The notes beneath the pieces were generated by a model. That model was not told the DNA's origin. It searched no databases and saw nothing but the letters and a program-made list of their open reading frames with translations. A DNA stretch of 64,000 bases from an uncultured Pseudomonadales bacterium (lineage in GTDB: Bacteria; Patescibacteriota; Microgenomatia; UBA1400; PJMF01): the NCBI GenBank assembly GCA_964556485.1, contig CAZKVV010000004.1, positions 57,618 to 121,617 of the forward strand, given 5' to 3'. Shown piece after piece: positions 7,793 through 17,684 of the stretch. Within the stretch, counting starts at the first letter, position 1, and every line of letters starts with the position of its first letter. Both the position numbers and the translations under genes were made by a program.

Positions 7793-8799
7793 ACATACTC
7801 CATGTGTGCAAACGCTTTGCACCAAGTATCGGTGGGGTTGAAACGCACGTTTTAGAGGTTGCGCGCGAGCAAGTTGCTCGAGGTTTCACGGTGACTGTTC
7901 TCACGCAAGCAACAGCTGCTTCACAAAAACAAACTGAAATCATTGATGGCATTACCGTCATACGGATTCCTGTTAAAACTGCTGAAGAAAAAAAAGCTGT
8001 GTGGAAGGCGATTGGCACACATAGCAACTTGTTTAAAGCAGCCAATGTTATTCAAGTACATGACGTATTTTGGTGGTTGTTGCCGTACTACTTACTAATT
8101 ATTGGTAAGTGTTACACCACTTTTCATGGGTGGGAAACAGAGTATCCAATTCCTATTTCAGCAAAGTTGCAGAGATATGTGTATGCCCATTTGTCAAAAA
8201 AAACGGTGCATATTGGCAGTTGGATTCAAAAGTACTATTGGGACAAACCATCAGTGGTGATGTATGGCGGAACAACTATCCCAAAAAAAGTGCCAGTACA
8301 TACCGGTAAACTAAAAAAAGCTGTCTTTTTAGGTAGACTTTCTCACGATAATGATATCGAGAACTATGTGTTTTTAGCTAACATTCTCAAAGAAGAATTT
8401 TCTGGATTTTCAATACAATGGATTGGTGATGGTGAGTGCAAAAAAATGTGTTCAGAAGTTGGTGTGGTAACTGGTTTTGTTTCAAATCCTACTGACTACA
8501 TTGCAAAAGCAGATGTTGTTTTTGCAGCTTCATATTTGTCAATTTTGCAAGCGCAAGCATATGGCAAACCAGTGGTGAGTCTCTACAGTAACCCTCTCAA
8601 GTATGAGTATTTGCAGTCACTTCCCACACGAGTGTCTTTGATTTGTAGAGATCAAGCGGTCGATGCCTATGCAGAGTTGTCAATTTTATTTGAATATCCA
8701 GAGCGTGTTTTGCAAATTAGTGAAACCGCAGCAAGACTCACTAAAGACTATAGTTGGCAAAAAATAGTAGATGTGTACCAATCACTATGGCAAAAGTAA
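7789..8799 (+). CDS. Glycosyltransferase family 4-like
   Basis: N-terminus MNILHVCKRFAPSIGGVETHV is typical of the GT4 N-domain. ATGA overlap with the upstream gene. Confidence 0.65.
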   Translation: MNILHVCKRFAPSIGGVETHVLEVAREQVARGFTVTVLTQATAASQKQTEIIDGITVIRIPVKTAEEKKAVWKAIGTHSNLFKAANVIQVHDVFWWLLPYYLLIIGKCYTTFHGWETEYPIPISAKLQRYVYAHLSKKTVHIGSWIQKYYWDKPSVVMYGGTTIPKKVPVHTGKLKKAVFLGRLSHDNDIENYVFLANILKEEFSGFSIQWIGDGECKKMCSEVGVVTGFVSNPTDYIAKADVVFAASYLSILQAQAYGKPVVSLYSNPLKYEYLQSLPTRVSLICRDQAVDAYAELSILFEYPERVLQISETAARLTKDYSWQKIVDVYQSLWQK

Positions 8800-10430
8800 A
8801 AAAACTAAAGCTTAATTTGGGATGTGGCCTTGATCATAAAAAAGGTTGGATAAATATTGATGCTGTTGCAGCGGTTGCTCCAGATCTTATCCATAATTTA
8901 CACCAGCCACTACCATTTCCAGATGCTGCAGCTGATGAACTTTTGGCGCAGGATATTTTGGAGCATTTTACTAAAGAAGATGGTCGCACGGTTGTAGCAG
9001 AACTATCTCGGGTGTTATGTGAGGGAGGAACTGCCCGATTTAGAGTACCAAATATTGATGCCATTATTTCTCAGTTTGAGACTGATCCGGAAGTGCGCAA
9101 TGAATTTTTGTATGGCACTACCAAAGATACTGGTGAATTTGGGGCACATAAAGTTGGATTTTCAAAAGCATCTTTTTTTGAGTTGTGTCTAAGTGCCAAT
9201 TTAGTACCTACATCATTTAGCACCGTTGATACTAACATGGAGATTGTGTGTACCAAACAACAGACAATTTCCAAAAAAATGAGCCTCCTATTTTTTATTC
9301 ATACCTTTGGCATGGGAGGTGCAGAACAATTTATGTTAGATCTTTGTGTTGCACTCAAAAACAGAGGACATCACTGCACTATTGCAACTAACCATGTTCC
9401 TTTTTTAGAAATGTGTAAAAGAAACAAGGTGGAAGTGCTACCACAAAACATTTCAATTGATGTGATTGGGGATTGGAAAGGAGTGGTTAAATCTTTTGCT
9501 TTAGCACCTTTTGCAGCTGTCGAGTACTTCCGTTTGATACAAAAAGTAAAACCAACAGTTGTTATTGCTGTAGGATTTTCTGACAAATTCTTCGCAAGCT
9601 TTTTTGCATGGGTGCAACAGCTTCCGCTCGTGTGGATTGAATTTGGTCCACTGGATGCTGTGTTTTCAAAGTTTTTACGACTGCCTAAAGTACTCTATTT
9701 TTTGGTGAAGTGGATGCCACACAAAGTTGTGGTGCCATCACAAAATTCACTTAATAAACTAACCACAGGCGCACGAATTTCACTTGCTAAGTTGGAGCGA
9801 GTTGCCTGTGGAACAACTATTCCTAAAACCACAGTGGTACCAAATGCAAAAAAAGTGCTCCTTTGCGTTTCTCGTTTTGCTAAAGGTAAAGGGCAAGAAG
9901 TATTGCTCAAAGCATATGCATTAAAAAAGACGCAACTTGCGGGATATCAGCTGGTATTTGTAGGTGAAGGGGAAACGCTGGAGCAGTGCAAACAATTAGC
10001 AATGGAGCTGGGTATTACTGAAAAAACAGTATTTAAAGGTTGGGTGAAAGATAGCAAAAAAGAAATAGCAGCAGCAACAATTTGTGTGTTTCCTTCAGCA
10101 TGGGAACTAGAGGGTTTTGGACTTGTTACAATTGAAGCAATGGCACATGCTAAACCAGTCATAGCGTTTGCAACGGGACCGACCCCAGAGATTGTTCAAC
10201 AGGGAGTGACAGGGTTGTTGGTTACTAAAATTTCAGCACAAGCATTAGCAGACGCGTTACTACAACTTTCTCAAGATGCTGAAGGCAGAAAAAAAATGGG
10301 TATTGCTGCAAAAAAGAGAGCTTTGGATCTGTTCAGTATTGAGAATTCTGCAAAAGAATATGAACAAGTATTTGTGCGCGGGATAGCTCGCAGCTTGGCG
10401 GAAAAGAGTAGTGCAAAGATGAGCAAGTAA
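8787..10430 (+). CDS. Fusion protein: N-terminal class I methyltransferase domain plus C-terminal GT1/GT4 glycosyltransferase
   Basis: N-terminal LNLGCGLDHKKGWINID (Methyltransf_11-like). C-terminal FGMGGAEQF...EGFGLVTIEAMAHAKPVIA (GT1 EX7E region). Confidence 0.7.
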   Translation: MAKVKKLKLNLGCGLDHKKGWINIDAVAAVAPDLIHNLHQPLPFPDAAADELLAQDILEHFTKEDGRTVVAELSRVLCEGGTARFRVPNIDAIISQFETDPEVRNEFLYGTTKDTGEFGAHKVGFSKASFFELCLSANLVPTSFSTVDTNMEIVCTKQQTISKKMSLLFFIHTFGMGGAEQFMLDLCVALKNRGHHCTIATNHVPFLEMCKRNKVEVLPQNISIDVIGDWKGVVKSFALAPFAAVEYFRLIQKVKPTVVIAVGFSDKFFASFFAWVQQLPLVWIEFGPLDAVFSKFLRLPKVLYFLVKWMPHKVVVPSQNSLNKLTTGARISLAKLERVACGTTIPKTTVVPNAKKVLLCVSRFAKGKGQEVLLKAYALKKTQLAGYQLVFVGEGETLEQCKQLAMELGITEKTVFKGWVKDSKKEIAAATICVFPSAWELEGFGLVTIEAMAHAKPVIAFATGPTPEIVQQGVTGLLVTKISAQALADALLQLSQDAEGRKKMGIAAKKRALDLFSIENSAKEYEQVFVRGIARSLAEKSSAKMSK

Positions 10431-10431
10431 C

Positions 10432-11370
10432 ATGCCAAAAGTTTCACTTATTATTACAGTATTCAACGAAGAGCATTCAATTGAAGAACTTTTAAAAAGT
10501 ATTTCTGAGCAGACGCGATTGCCAAATGAAACCATTATTGTGGACGGTGGTTCATCTGATGATACGCTGTCATTACTCAAAAAAGCCAAAAAAAAGTTTC
10601 CTACCATTGGTCTTAAACACTATCTACATCCATCTAATAGAAGTGCTGGCAGAAATTTTGCCATTCAAAAAGCTCAACACGATTGGATTGCAGTCACCGA
10701 CGCGGGATGTGTTCTCGAACCTACTTGGTTACAAGAATTACTTAAAAAGCATTTGCAAACTAAGGCAGTCGTTGTTGCTGGATACTATCGGGCAGAGTCG
10801 AAGTCAGCATTTGAAGAAGCCGTTGCCCCCTACGTGTTAGTAATGCCTGATGCAGTTGATCCAGAACATTTTTTGCCGGCAACACGATCGGTGCTGTTTC
10901 ATAAACAAACCGTTTTAGACGTTGGCGGATTTGATGAATCATTAGCTGTAAGTGAAGATTATGCGTTGGCACAGAAACTGTTCCACAGTGGTGCTCAGAT
11001 GGTTTTCACAAAGGAAGCGGTAGTAATATGGCGACCAAGATCATCTCTTGCTGATTTTTTTATCATGGTTGTTAGTATGTCTCGAGGAGATGTTGTTGCG
11101 GGAGTGTTGAGAAAAAAAGCAGTATTAGTTTTAACTCGCTACGCACTCGGTGTTTTTTGGCTTGTCATAATTGCTCATTATTCAGCGTTGTTAGCAAGTT
11201 GCGCAGCATTGTTGGTAGTGGCAGCATATGTGATTTGGGCTGTGCTGAAAAACAAAAAATATGCACCACGAGGTTTCTATTATTTGCCCGTATTGCAAAT
11301 GACCGCTGACCTTGGTGTTATGGTGGGATTAGTGCAAGGGTTTTTGAAACGATTGCAAAAATCTAGGTAA
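10432..11370 (+). CDS. Glycosyltransferase family 2 with C-terminal TM helices
   Basis: SLIITVFNEE...IIVDGGSSDDT and AVTDAGCV (DxD-like) motifs. Hydrophobic C-terminus. Confidence 0.75.
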   Translation: MPKVSLIITVFNEEHSIEELLKSISEQTRLPNETIIVDGGSSDDTLSLLKKAKKKFPTIGLKHYLHPSNRSAGRNFAIQKAQHDWIAVTDAGCVLEPTWLQELLKKHLQTKAVVVAGYYRAESKSAFEEAVAPYVLVMPDAVDPEHFLPATRSVLFHKQTVLDVGGFDESLAVSEDYALAQKLFHSGAQMVFTKEAVVIWRPRSSLADFFIMVVSMSRGDVVAGVLRKKAVLVLTRYALGVFWLVIIAHYSALLASCAALLVVAAYVIWAVLKNKKYAPRGFYYLPVLQMTADLGVMVGLVQGFLKRLQKSR

Positions 11371-12241
11371 AGACTTCACCTGGCCAGCCGGGGGAAATGT
11401 AGAGCTGATTAGCAGGTGTGAGTACAAGGTATTCACAATCTAAGCTGGTTTTGTAGTACTCTTGATATTTTTCTGGCTGTGTGAGCATAAGCAGAGCTGT
11501 CATGCCATCAGCTTCCATTGCCGTATTAGCAACCGCAACTGCTCCAACAACCGTTGCTTGCGGTTTTTTCTCCGACAAATTAATGAGGTGATGCCAGTCT
11601 TTCCATGAGCGTTTAAAGACATCAGATGCAGCAAAGCCTTGATTGACGAGACCGACTGTTCCTAGTGCGGTATCAGTTTTGCCCGGATACTCAATAGCAA
11701 TGCGCCAGGGTTCTCCACTAGCCTTAGTGGTAGCGAACATATCTCCACCGCCATCAACAAGATGGAAGGGGTACTGGTGAGTTAATAAAAGGGCAGATAC
11801 TTGATCTATCCAAAATCCTTTAGCAAATCCGCCTAAGTCAAAAACAAGTGGCCCGGTAATCGTTAGCTTTGTGCCGGAGAGGTGCCATTGTGGAAGTTGC
11901 CAAGATGCAATCTGTGCTTCATTTTGATTGAAGCTATAGCCCGAATCATAGCCAGCATGTTCGAGTAGTGATCCAACTGCTGGATCAAAAAGACCATCAC
12001 TTTTTATTTTCAAATTTTGGGCAAATTGGAGTAATGTCGCGAACTCTGGTGAAATACCATAGGTGCCAGATTGGGCGTTTCGCCACTGTGACACTTCACT
12101 ATCTGCAATAAAGCGTGAAAATCGTTTCTCAAACGCGGCCGTTTTCGCACTAATATCTTGCACGCAGGCATCAGACACGCTCGCTGAATCCACACTCAAA
12201 TGCCAAATAGTTCCCATCGCTGAAAATGCATGCGTCCACAT
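11363..12241 (-). CDS. apbE: FAD:protein FMN transferase (ApbE family)
   Basis: N-terminal AMGTIWHLSV, central GFAKGFWIDQV and C-terminal MEADGMTTALM-like motifs of ApbE. No obvious signal peptide. Confidence 0.8.
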   Translation of the reverse strand: MWTHAFSAMGTIWHLSVDSASVSDACVQDISAKTAAFEKRFSRFIADSEVSQWRNAQSGTYGISPEFATLLQFAQNLKIKSDGLFDPAVGSLLEHAGYDSGYSFNQNEAQIASWQLPQWHLSGTKLTITGPLVFDLGGFAKGFWIDQVSALLLTHQYPFHLVDGGGDMFATTKASGEPWRIAIEYPGKTDTALGTVGLVNQGFAASDVFKRSWKDWHHLINLSEKKPQATVVGAVAVANTAMEADGMTALLMLTQPEKYQEYYKTSLDCEYLVLTPANQLYISPGWPGEVFT

Positions 12242-12249
12242 GCAGCTGA

Positions 12250-12696
12250 TTATAGCTGATTTTGCAACTCTGGCAGGACAGCATTAAATGCGCCAGTTGT
12301 TAGTGAAGAACCACCAACTCTATCAACATTAGTGAGATCGGCAAGCTTTTTACCAACTACCGCAGTTGGTAATTCGGCAGCAAAACTTTCTTGTCTTGTT
12401 ATTGAAATAGGAGCTTTGCCCAGGACCTCAGTTTGAGCCTCTGTGATTATGCCTTCATTATCGACCATTAGAATAAAGCTCACCTCTTCTTCACCAGCAG
12501 GTGATTCGTAACTGGTGGTAGTACGAACCTCAGTAGTTATGTCTTCAGAAGGTTGTGATTCTTGCATGATTGTTTCCTCGGGTACTTCTGTAGGTTGAGT
12601 AGTTGGAGTAGCGGTTGGGGTTGTTGAAGTACAAGCACTGACTAGTAATGAAAATGCGAAGACTGTGGTTATGGGAAGAAAGGTGGTTTTAGGCAT
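12250..12696 (-). CDS. Lipoprotein with C-terminal FMN-binding (FMN_bind) domain, likely ApbE substrate
   Basis: Lipobox LLVSAC after an N-terminal hydrophobic segment, then a P/T-rich linker and a ~90-aa domain ending VDRVGGSSLTTGAF that resembles the flavinylation motif D-x-V-S-G-A-T-x-T-S. Eight nt upstream of apbE. Confidence 0.6.
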   Translation of the reverse strand: MPKTTFLPITTVFAFSLLVSACTSTTPTATPTTQPTEVPEETIMQESQPSEDITTEVRTTTSYESPAGEEEVSFILMVDNEGIITEAQTEVLGKAPISITRQESFAAELPTAVVGKKLADLTNVDRVGGSSLTTGAFNAVLPELQNQL

Positions 12697-12792
12697 GCAG
12701 GGATTTCCAAGTTTATTAGTACAAATTTTATATTCTGATGATGGTAACATGCTGATCGTTGTGAGGCTACCACAACATATGGGTTAAAAACA

Positions 12793-13770
12793 TCAATTAG
12801 TCATTTTTTTGCGCATCAGTAAAAGTGTCAGCAGCACTGTGAGTGTCCAGACAAATCCAATACCAAAAAGGTGAAGTGGTTCGAGTTGCTTTTGGTGGAA
12901 CGCAGAAATAATTCTCAGAAATAAAGTGTGCGAAAGATATAGTACAAAAGAATTTTTACCTATAAATGAGAGTAGTGGTAGTTGGGGAATATTTTTGGTG
13001 AAAAAAAACAAACAGGCTGGAATAGTGAAAAAGAGCAAATCAAAGCGAGTAAACTTGAGGGCGTAAAGTGGATCAATGCCATCAATAGTTCGCACCCAAG
13101 CAATGATGGTAACTGCTACAAGTGCAAGTACTGACCATTTGGGCAAGTGCAAAGCTACTTTTTTCGAAATCTCATTACTACTCAGCCAAATTCCCAGAGC
13201 AAAATATCCAATCCAAGATGTGAGGATGGTGTATTCAAAACCATCAGTAAACGTTTGCTGCTTAAAATAATAAAAAGTGAGTAGTTGGATTGCGAAAATT
13301 CCCCACACCGCAAGAGGTTTTTTTCTAATGAACATATACATTAGGGGAAAAAGGAGATACAGCTGCAAAATGATGGGCACAAAATATAAATGATAATCTC
13401 CATGACCTAAAAAAAATTGCTCCCAAAGTGGTGGAGGCCATCCTGCATAGGTCCACTGCGGAGTGTGCCAATTAATCAGAATGGTAATAGAGGTCCACAA
13501 TACATAGGCAGGGATCAAAGCTATAAATCGAGCGAAGAGAAACGGTAAAATGTTTGTTTTTTTTGATTCAAAACTTTTGCTTAACCCATATCCAGAAACC
13601 ATTAAGAAAAGAGGAACGGAAATTCTGCTCGCTTGATCAAGAAAGAATACCACCAAATTAAATGGTCGATCGGTATAGATGCCTTTGACTGTGGCTAGTG
13701 TGTGAATTAGTAGCACACAGACGATTGCTATTCCCCTGAGTTGCTGGGTATGCTTTTTGGTAAGTGTCAT
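12793..13770 (-). CDS. Acyltransferase family 3 membrane protein (OafA/YrhL-like)
   Basis: N-terminal RGIAIVCVLLIHT..., about 10 TM helices, typical of acyltransferase_3. Confidence 0.7.
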   Translation of the reverse strand: MTLTKKHTQQLRGIAIVCVLLIHTLATVKGIYTDRPFNLVVFFLDQASRISVPLFLMVSGYGLSKSFESKKTNILPFLFARFIALIPAYVLWTSITILINWHTPQWTYAGWPPPLWEQFFLGHGDYHLYFVPIILQLYLLFPLMYMFIRKKPLAVWGIFAIQLLTFYYFKQQTFTDGFEYTILTSWIGYFALGIWLSSNEISKKVALHLPKWSVLALVAVTIIAWVRTIDGIDPLYALKFTRFDLLFFTIPACLFFFTKNIPQLPLLSFIGKNSFVLYLSHTLFLRIISAFHQKQLEPLHLFGIGFVWTLTVLLTLLLMRKKMTN

Positions 13771-13829
13771 GCGGTAATCAAAAAAGTTTATAGTGTGATT
13801 TAGGAATTGTACCCTATACTGTCTTTACT

Positions 13830-14291
13830 ATGGCAGATTCAAAAATACCGTTTACTAAAGCAGCATATGAAGCAATGCAGGAGCATGTTGTAAAGTTGCA
13901 GACCGAACTTGGAGAGGTGCTTGTTCGCCTTAAGGATGCCCGCGAGATGGGTGATTTATCCGAAAATGGTGCGTATAAATATGCAAAGTTTGAGTTGGGA
14001 AATATTCGTAGAGAGTTGCGCAGATTAGGTTATTTGATCAATAACGGTGAAGTGGTAGTACCTGCCTCTGGCGAAATTGTTCAATTTGGTAGTACGGTGA
14101 TTGTTGTGTCTGCAGATGGTGTCACAAAGGAGTTTCAATTGGTTTCTAAACATGAAACAAATCCTGCTGTGGGTAAAATTTCACTGGCAAGTCCCATTGG
14201 CACTGTACTCTCGGGAAAAAAGGCGGGTGACACTGTAACTGTTGAAACTCCGAGAGGTCAACAAAAATATCTCATTGAGGAGGTGCGCTAG
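13830..14291 (+). CDS. greA: Transcription elongation factor GreA
   Basis: GDLSENGAYKYAKFELGNIRRELRRL coiled-coil and C-terminal FKBP-like domain. 153 aa. Confidence 0.9.
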   Translation: MADSKIPFTKAAYEAMQEHVVKLQTELGEVLVRLKDAREMGDLSENGAYKYAKFELGNIRRELRRLGYLINNGEVVVPASGEIVQFGSTVIVVSADGVTKEFQLVSKHETNPAVGKISLASPIGTVLSGKKAGDTVTVETPRGQQKYLIEEVR

Positions 14292-15645
14292 CTTTTTGCT
14301 TTTGCTTCTGAATTTCAATGTATTCTCGCTCAAGTTGCCTAATGTTAGTTGCTGCCAATCTGACATAACACTGTATATCTAACAAAATTTCCTTCCTAGT
14401 AAGAAAATTTGACGGATAATCTGGGCAACAAATAAGCGAAATTTCTGTGAGGTAATCTGATAGTAAATAGGCCATTGAATCTTTGCAGTGTTCGACTTGC
14501 GTTGAATAATCAGCCGAGTTAACAACATACGGTTTCTCTGCAAGTTCGAAATCATACTGCTTTAATGAATAATCTCTGTCTTTTCCATAAAAATAGCATG
14601 TCAATATACCTGTAAATTGTGGATTATCCTTAATTGTTGCAAGTACGCCACGATAATCTAAAAGTAGGAGATTATATAAAAAATGTTGTAAAGTATTAAA
14701 CTCAGCAATAGTCACTAATTGACGTTGCTCAATTTTTTGCAAGCAATTCTCCAGTTCTTCAGCATCTATTTTAGTTGCATAATCAAGTAATTGTGGATTC
14801 TGCTTGCATTCAGCAGTCCAAATTTTAGCAGCTAGTCGAATTTCACTGGCAACCAACCTTTTTGTAACGACATCTTCTTCTGCATTAAAGTCAGCATATA
14901 TTTGTAAGCGTTTATAATCATTTCTTCTGATTGTCCCACCTGTTCTAAAAAGGCACACAGGAACGTCGCCATTTTGCACAACTTGCGCAACAGCTGTGTG
15001 CAAGATGTTTGCTGTTTCAGAGTCAACACTGCCCCAATAGGTATCAATGAAAGTATGCAAAGCATCTATGTCGAATTCTAAGTATGCAAATGATAATGCT
15101 GCATAACATCCGTGATTGATGAGTTGCTTCGAACATTCGATATCTCTAATAGCCTCCTTTTTACCAAAAAGGCCATGAGGTGTGTTGAAACTAAGTTTAA
15201 GATCTTGAACTATTCCACTTTTGTTTTGAGATATGGGATATCGCGCCCCACTAATGAGTCCGCCTTTGCTAGTGATGCTAGTTGAAAAAAGTTTTCCATT
15301 CACGAGAAAATCAACTAATGCATTTGGGAGCGCTCTACCATGGGTGCCGGCAGTTAAAATTCTCTTGATTTCACCGGTCAGGGACAAATTTGACTTAGTG
15401 TTCAGTTCTGTGGAAACCGACAATCTCACAAGCTCTAAAAATTTTTCTGGCGTGAGTTGATCTTGCAATTCTTGAGGCAGAAGTGCCATTGCCTCATGAT
15501 CTATGTGTATTGTAGTAAATAATCCTTTAGGAGCTTCCACTACATCCACGACGATGTTTTTATGCGAATCAATCATGCTAGTAGGAGGGAATTTTGCTTG
15601 GCGAGTGCTTTCTGGTGGTAATTTGAGTGGGTATTCATCTCTCAT
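14272..15645 (-). CDS. Hypothetical 457-aa cytoplasmic protein (no recognised domain)
   Basis: Long uninterrupted ORF with typical codon usage. Its 3' end overlaps the greA 3' end by 20 nt. Confidence 0.5.
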   Translation of the reverse strand: MRDEYPLKLPPESTRQAKFPPTSMIDSHKNIVVDVVEAPKGLFTTIHIDHEAMALLPQELQDQLTPEKFLELVRLSVSTELNTKSNLSLTGEIKRILTAGTHGRALPNALVDFLVNGKLFSTSITSKGGLISGARYPISQNKSGIVQDLKLSFNTPHGLFGKKEAIRDIECSKQLINHGCYAALSFAYLEFDIDALHTFIDTYWGSVDSETANILHTAVAQVVQNGDVPVCLFRTGGTIRRNDYKRLQIYADFNAEEDVVTKRLVASEIRLAAKIWTAECKQNPQLLDYATKIDAEELENCLQKIEQRQLVTIAEFNTLQHFLYNLLLLDYRGVLATIKDNPQFTGILTCYFYGKDRDYSLKQYDFELAEKPYVVNSADYSTQVEHCKDSMAYLLSDYLTEISLICCPDYPSNFLTRKEILLDIQCYVRLAATNIRQLEREYIEIQKQKQKASAPPQ

Positions 15646-15931
15646 TCTAGACAGTATAGAGATGAATGATGACTAGAGCAAGATTGGTAATATTTCACTA
15701 TCATGCTTAAAAAATACCGTCTACTTAGAATTATCCACACCTGCTACTAGTTGATTTGCGTAAGGTGGATAAGACTCTTTGGTTTTATAAGAACATATTT
15801 CTATTTTCTACATGTCATTTTGACAGCGGGAGCATGTGTGGTAGTATTTTTGGCGACCATCACTTCAATAGGTTGGAAAAGAAGTTAGTAGTTCAATTAG
15901 TGTTCCACTGCGACCAATTTTAGCAACTAAG

Positions 15932-15960
15932 TTGCAAAATTTGTATTTTCCCACTATAAT
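15932..15960 (+). promoter_or_regulatory. Sigma70-like promoter upstream of znuA (TTGCAA-17-TATAAT) overlapped by a GCAACT-a-AGTTGC palindrome
   Basis: TTGCAAaatttgtattttcccacTATAAT. The 6-1-6 palindrome at 15923-15935 overlaps the -35. Confidence 0.45.
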
Positions 15961-15968
15961 TGATCTTT

Positions 15969-16901
15969 ATGAAAAAGCACATACATACATTTCTTTTTGT
16001 TTGTAGTATTTTGATTGGATTGTTTATTGCAGTTTTTGCTTTCAAACAAAATAACCCAGTTAATGAATCGAATACTAAACAACAATTATTAGTCAGTATT
16101 CTCCCACAAAAGCAAATTGTTGAAAGAATTGTAGGGGATACTAATTATGCGGTTGACGTGTTAATTCCACCAGGATTTAGTCCAGAAACATACGATCCTA
16201 CCACACAAGAAATGCAAAAAGTTTCACAGGCAAAGATGTATTTTAGAATCGGAAAAATTCCCTTTGAAATGGTGCATATTAAAAAGCTAATTGAGGTTAA
16301 TCCAAATATGATAGTTGTTGATACTTCAATTAATAACACATTCAGAAATTTAGAAGAACACACCCATGGTGTTGAAGATTTGCACGAGGGTGAAGAGATT
16401 CATACTGAAGAAGCGGAGATTGATCCTCACACTTGGCTTTCTCCTAAAATGGTCAAAGAGCAGGCAGAAGTAATATATACTGAATTAGTAAAAAAGTATC
16501 CAGAACATGCAGATACTTTTTCAGCAAATTTTGCACAATTGCAAAAAGATTTAGATACCTTAGATCAGGAATTATCTCTCGCTTTTGCTCATATCGAAGG
16601 GAAAACTATGTTGGTGTACCACCCCGCATTTGGCTATTTGGCTAGAGATTATAATTTTAATCAAGAGCACATTCAAATCGAAGGAAAAGATCCATCTATA
16701 GCTGATCTTCGTGATATTTTAACAGAAGCAAAAAATGATGGTGTCCGGGTAATTTTTGTGCAAAAGCAGTTTAGTAAAGATAGCGCTCAGGCAATTGCGG
16801 ACCATATTAATGGAGTGGTTGTTGAGGTAGATCCACTTGATCCAGATTATTTTACTAATATGAGAACAATTGCTCACATAATTAGCGATAATTTAAAGTA
16901 G
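15969..16901 (+). CDS. znuA: Metal (zinc) ABC transporter substrate-binding protein ZnuA/TroA family
   Basis: Signal peptide, cluster 9 SBP fold, His/Glu-rich loop EEHTHGVEDLHEGEEIHTEE. The track ORF uses a TTG at 15960; ATG 15969 is preferred. Confidence 0.8.
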   Translation: MKKHIHTFLFVCSILIGLFIAVFAFKQNNPVNESNTKQQLLVSILPQKQIVERIVGDTNYAVDVLIPPGFSPETYDPTTQEMQKVSQAKMYFRIGKIPFEMVHIKKLIEVNPNMIVVDTSINNTFRNLEEHTHGVEDLHEGEEIHTEEAEIDPHTWLSPKMVKEQAEVIYTELVKKYPEHADTFSANFAQLQKDLDTLDQELSLAFAHIEGKTMLVYHPAFGYLARDYNFNQEHIQIEGKDPSIADLRDILTEAKNDGVRVIFVQKQFSKDSAQAIADHINGVVVEVDPLDPDYFTNMRTIAHIISDNLK

Positions 16902-16904
16902 TTC

Positions 16905-17684
16905 ATGACTGAAAAAAAACAAGACAACATTGTTTTAGAAATCGTACATTTGGATTATTCTTATCCGGGTGTTACTGAGCCAACTTTATATAATATTAGT
17001 TTTTCTTTACTTTCACACACTATTAATATGATTATTGGACCGAACGGCTCTGGCAAATCAACTTTGATAAAAGTACTATTAGGAATTTATCCAAGTAATG
17101 CAGAAATCAATTTTTATAAAAATCAAAAAAAAATTTCTGTGAGTGAGGCGCATATAGGTTATGTGCCTCAAAAAAGAAGCATTGATCTAAGTATTCCAGT
17201 TACCGTCAACGAGTTTTTGTCACTGACTCAAAAAAGTTGTAAAAGATGTGCGAGCAAAAGCAAATCGGAAATCAATGATGTGTTAGCGAAGGTGAATGCA
17301 CTTGAATATCGATATAAAAAATTAGGAGAATTGTCTGGGGGGCAACTTCAGCGCATTATTTTGGCCAGAGCTTTGCTGAACAATCCAAAAATATTAATTT
17401 TAGATGAACCTGAAGCAGGAATTGACATTCAAGGTGAAAGATTTTTTTATGAAGTGTTGGAAAAATTAGTTAAAAATGAAGGCTTGACTGCATTGATAGC
17501 AACCCATGAAATGGGTGTTGTTAGCAAATATGCAGATCAAGTTTTATGTTTGAACAAAACTCTGATTTGTGCGGGCTCAGCTCAAGCGACGCTAACAAAC
17601 GAAACATTTAAAAAACTGTACGGAGTAGATACAGTGCAATATCACCACGCACACGCAGGAACACATCATGAACACACTCATTGA
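16905..17684 (+). CDS. znuC: Metal ABC transporter ATP-binding protein ZnuC with His-rich C-terminal tail
   Basis: Walker A GPNGSGKST, signature LSGGQLQR, Walker B ILILDEP. C-terminus HHAHAGTHHEHTH. Confidence 0.85.
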   Translation: MTEKKQDNIVLEIVHLDYSYPGVTEPTLYNISFSLLSHTINMIIGPNGSGKSTLIKVLLGIYPSNAEINFYKNQKKISVSEAHIGYVPQKRSIDLSIPVTVNEFLSLTQKSCKRCASKSKSEINDVLAKVNALEYRYKKLGELSGGQLQRIILARALLNNPKILILDEPEAGIDIQGERFFYEVLEKLVKNEGLTALIATHEMGVVSKYADQVLCLNKTLICAGSAQATLTNETFKKLYGVDTVQYHHAHAGTHHEHTH

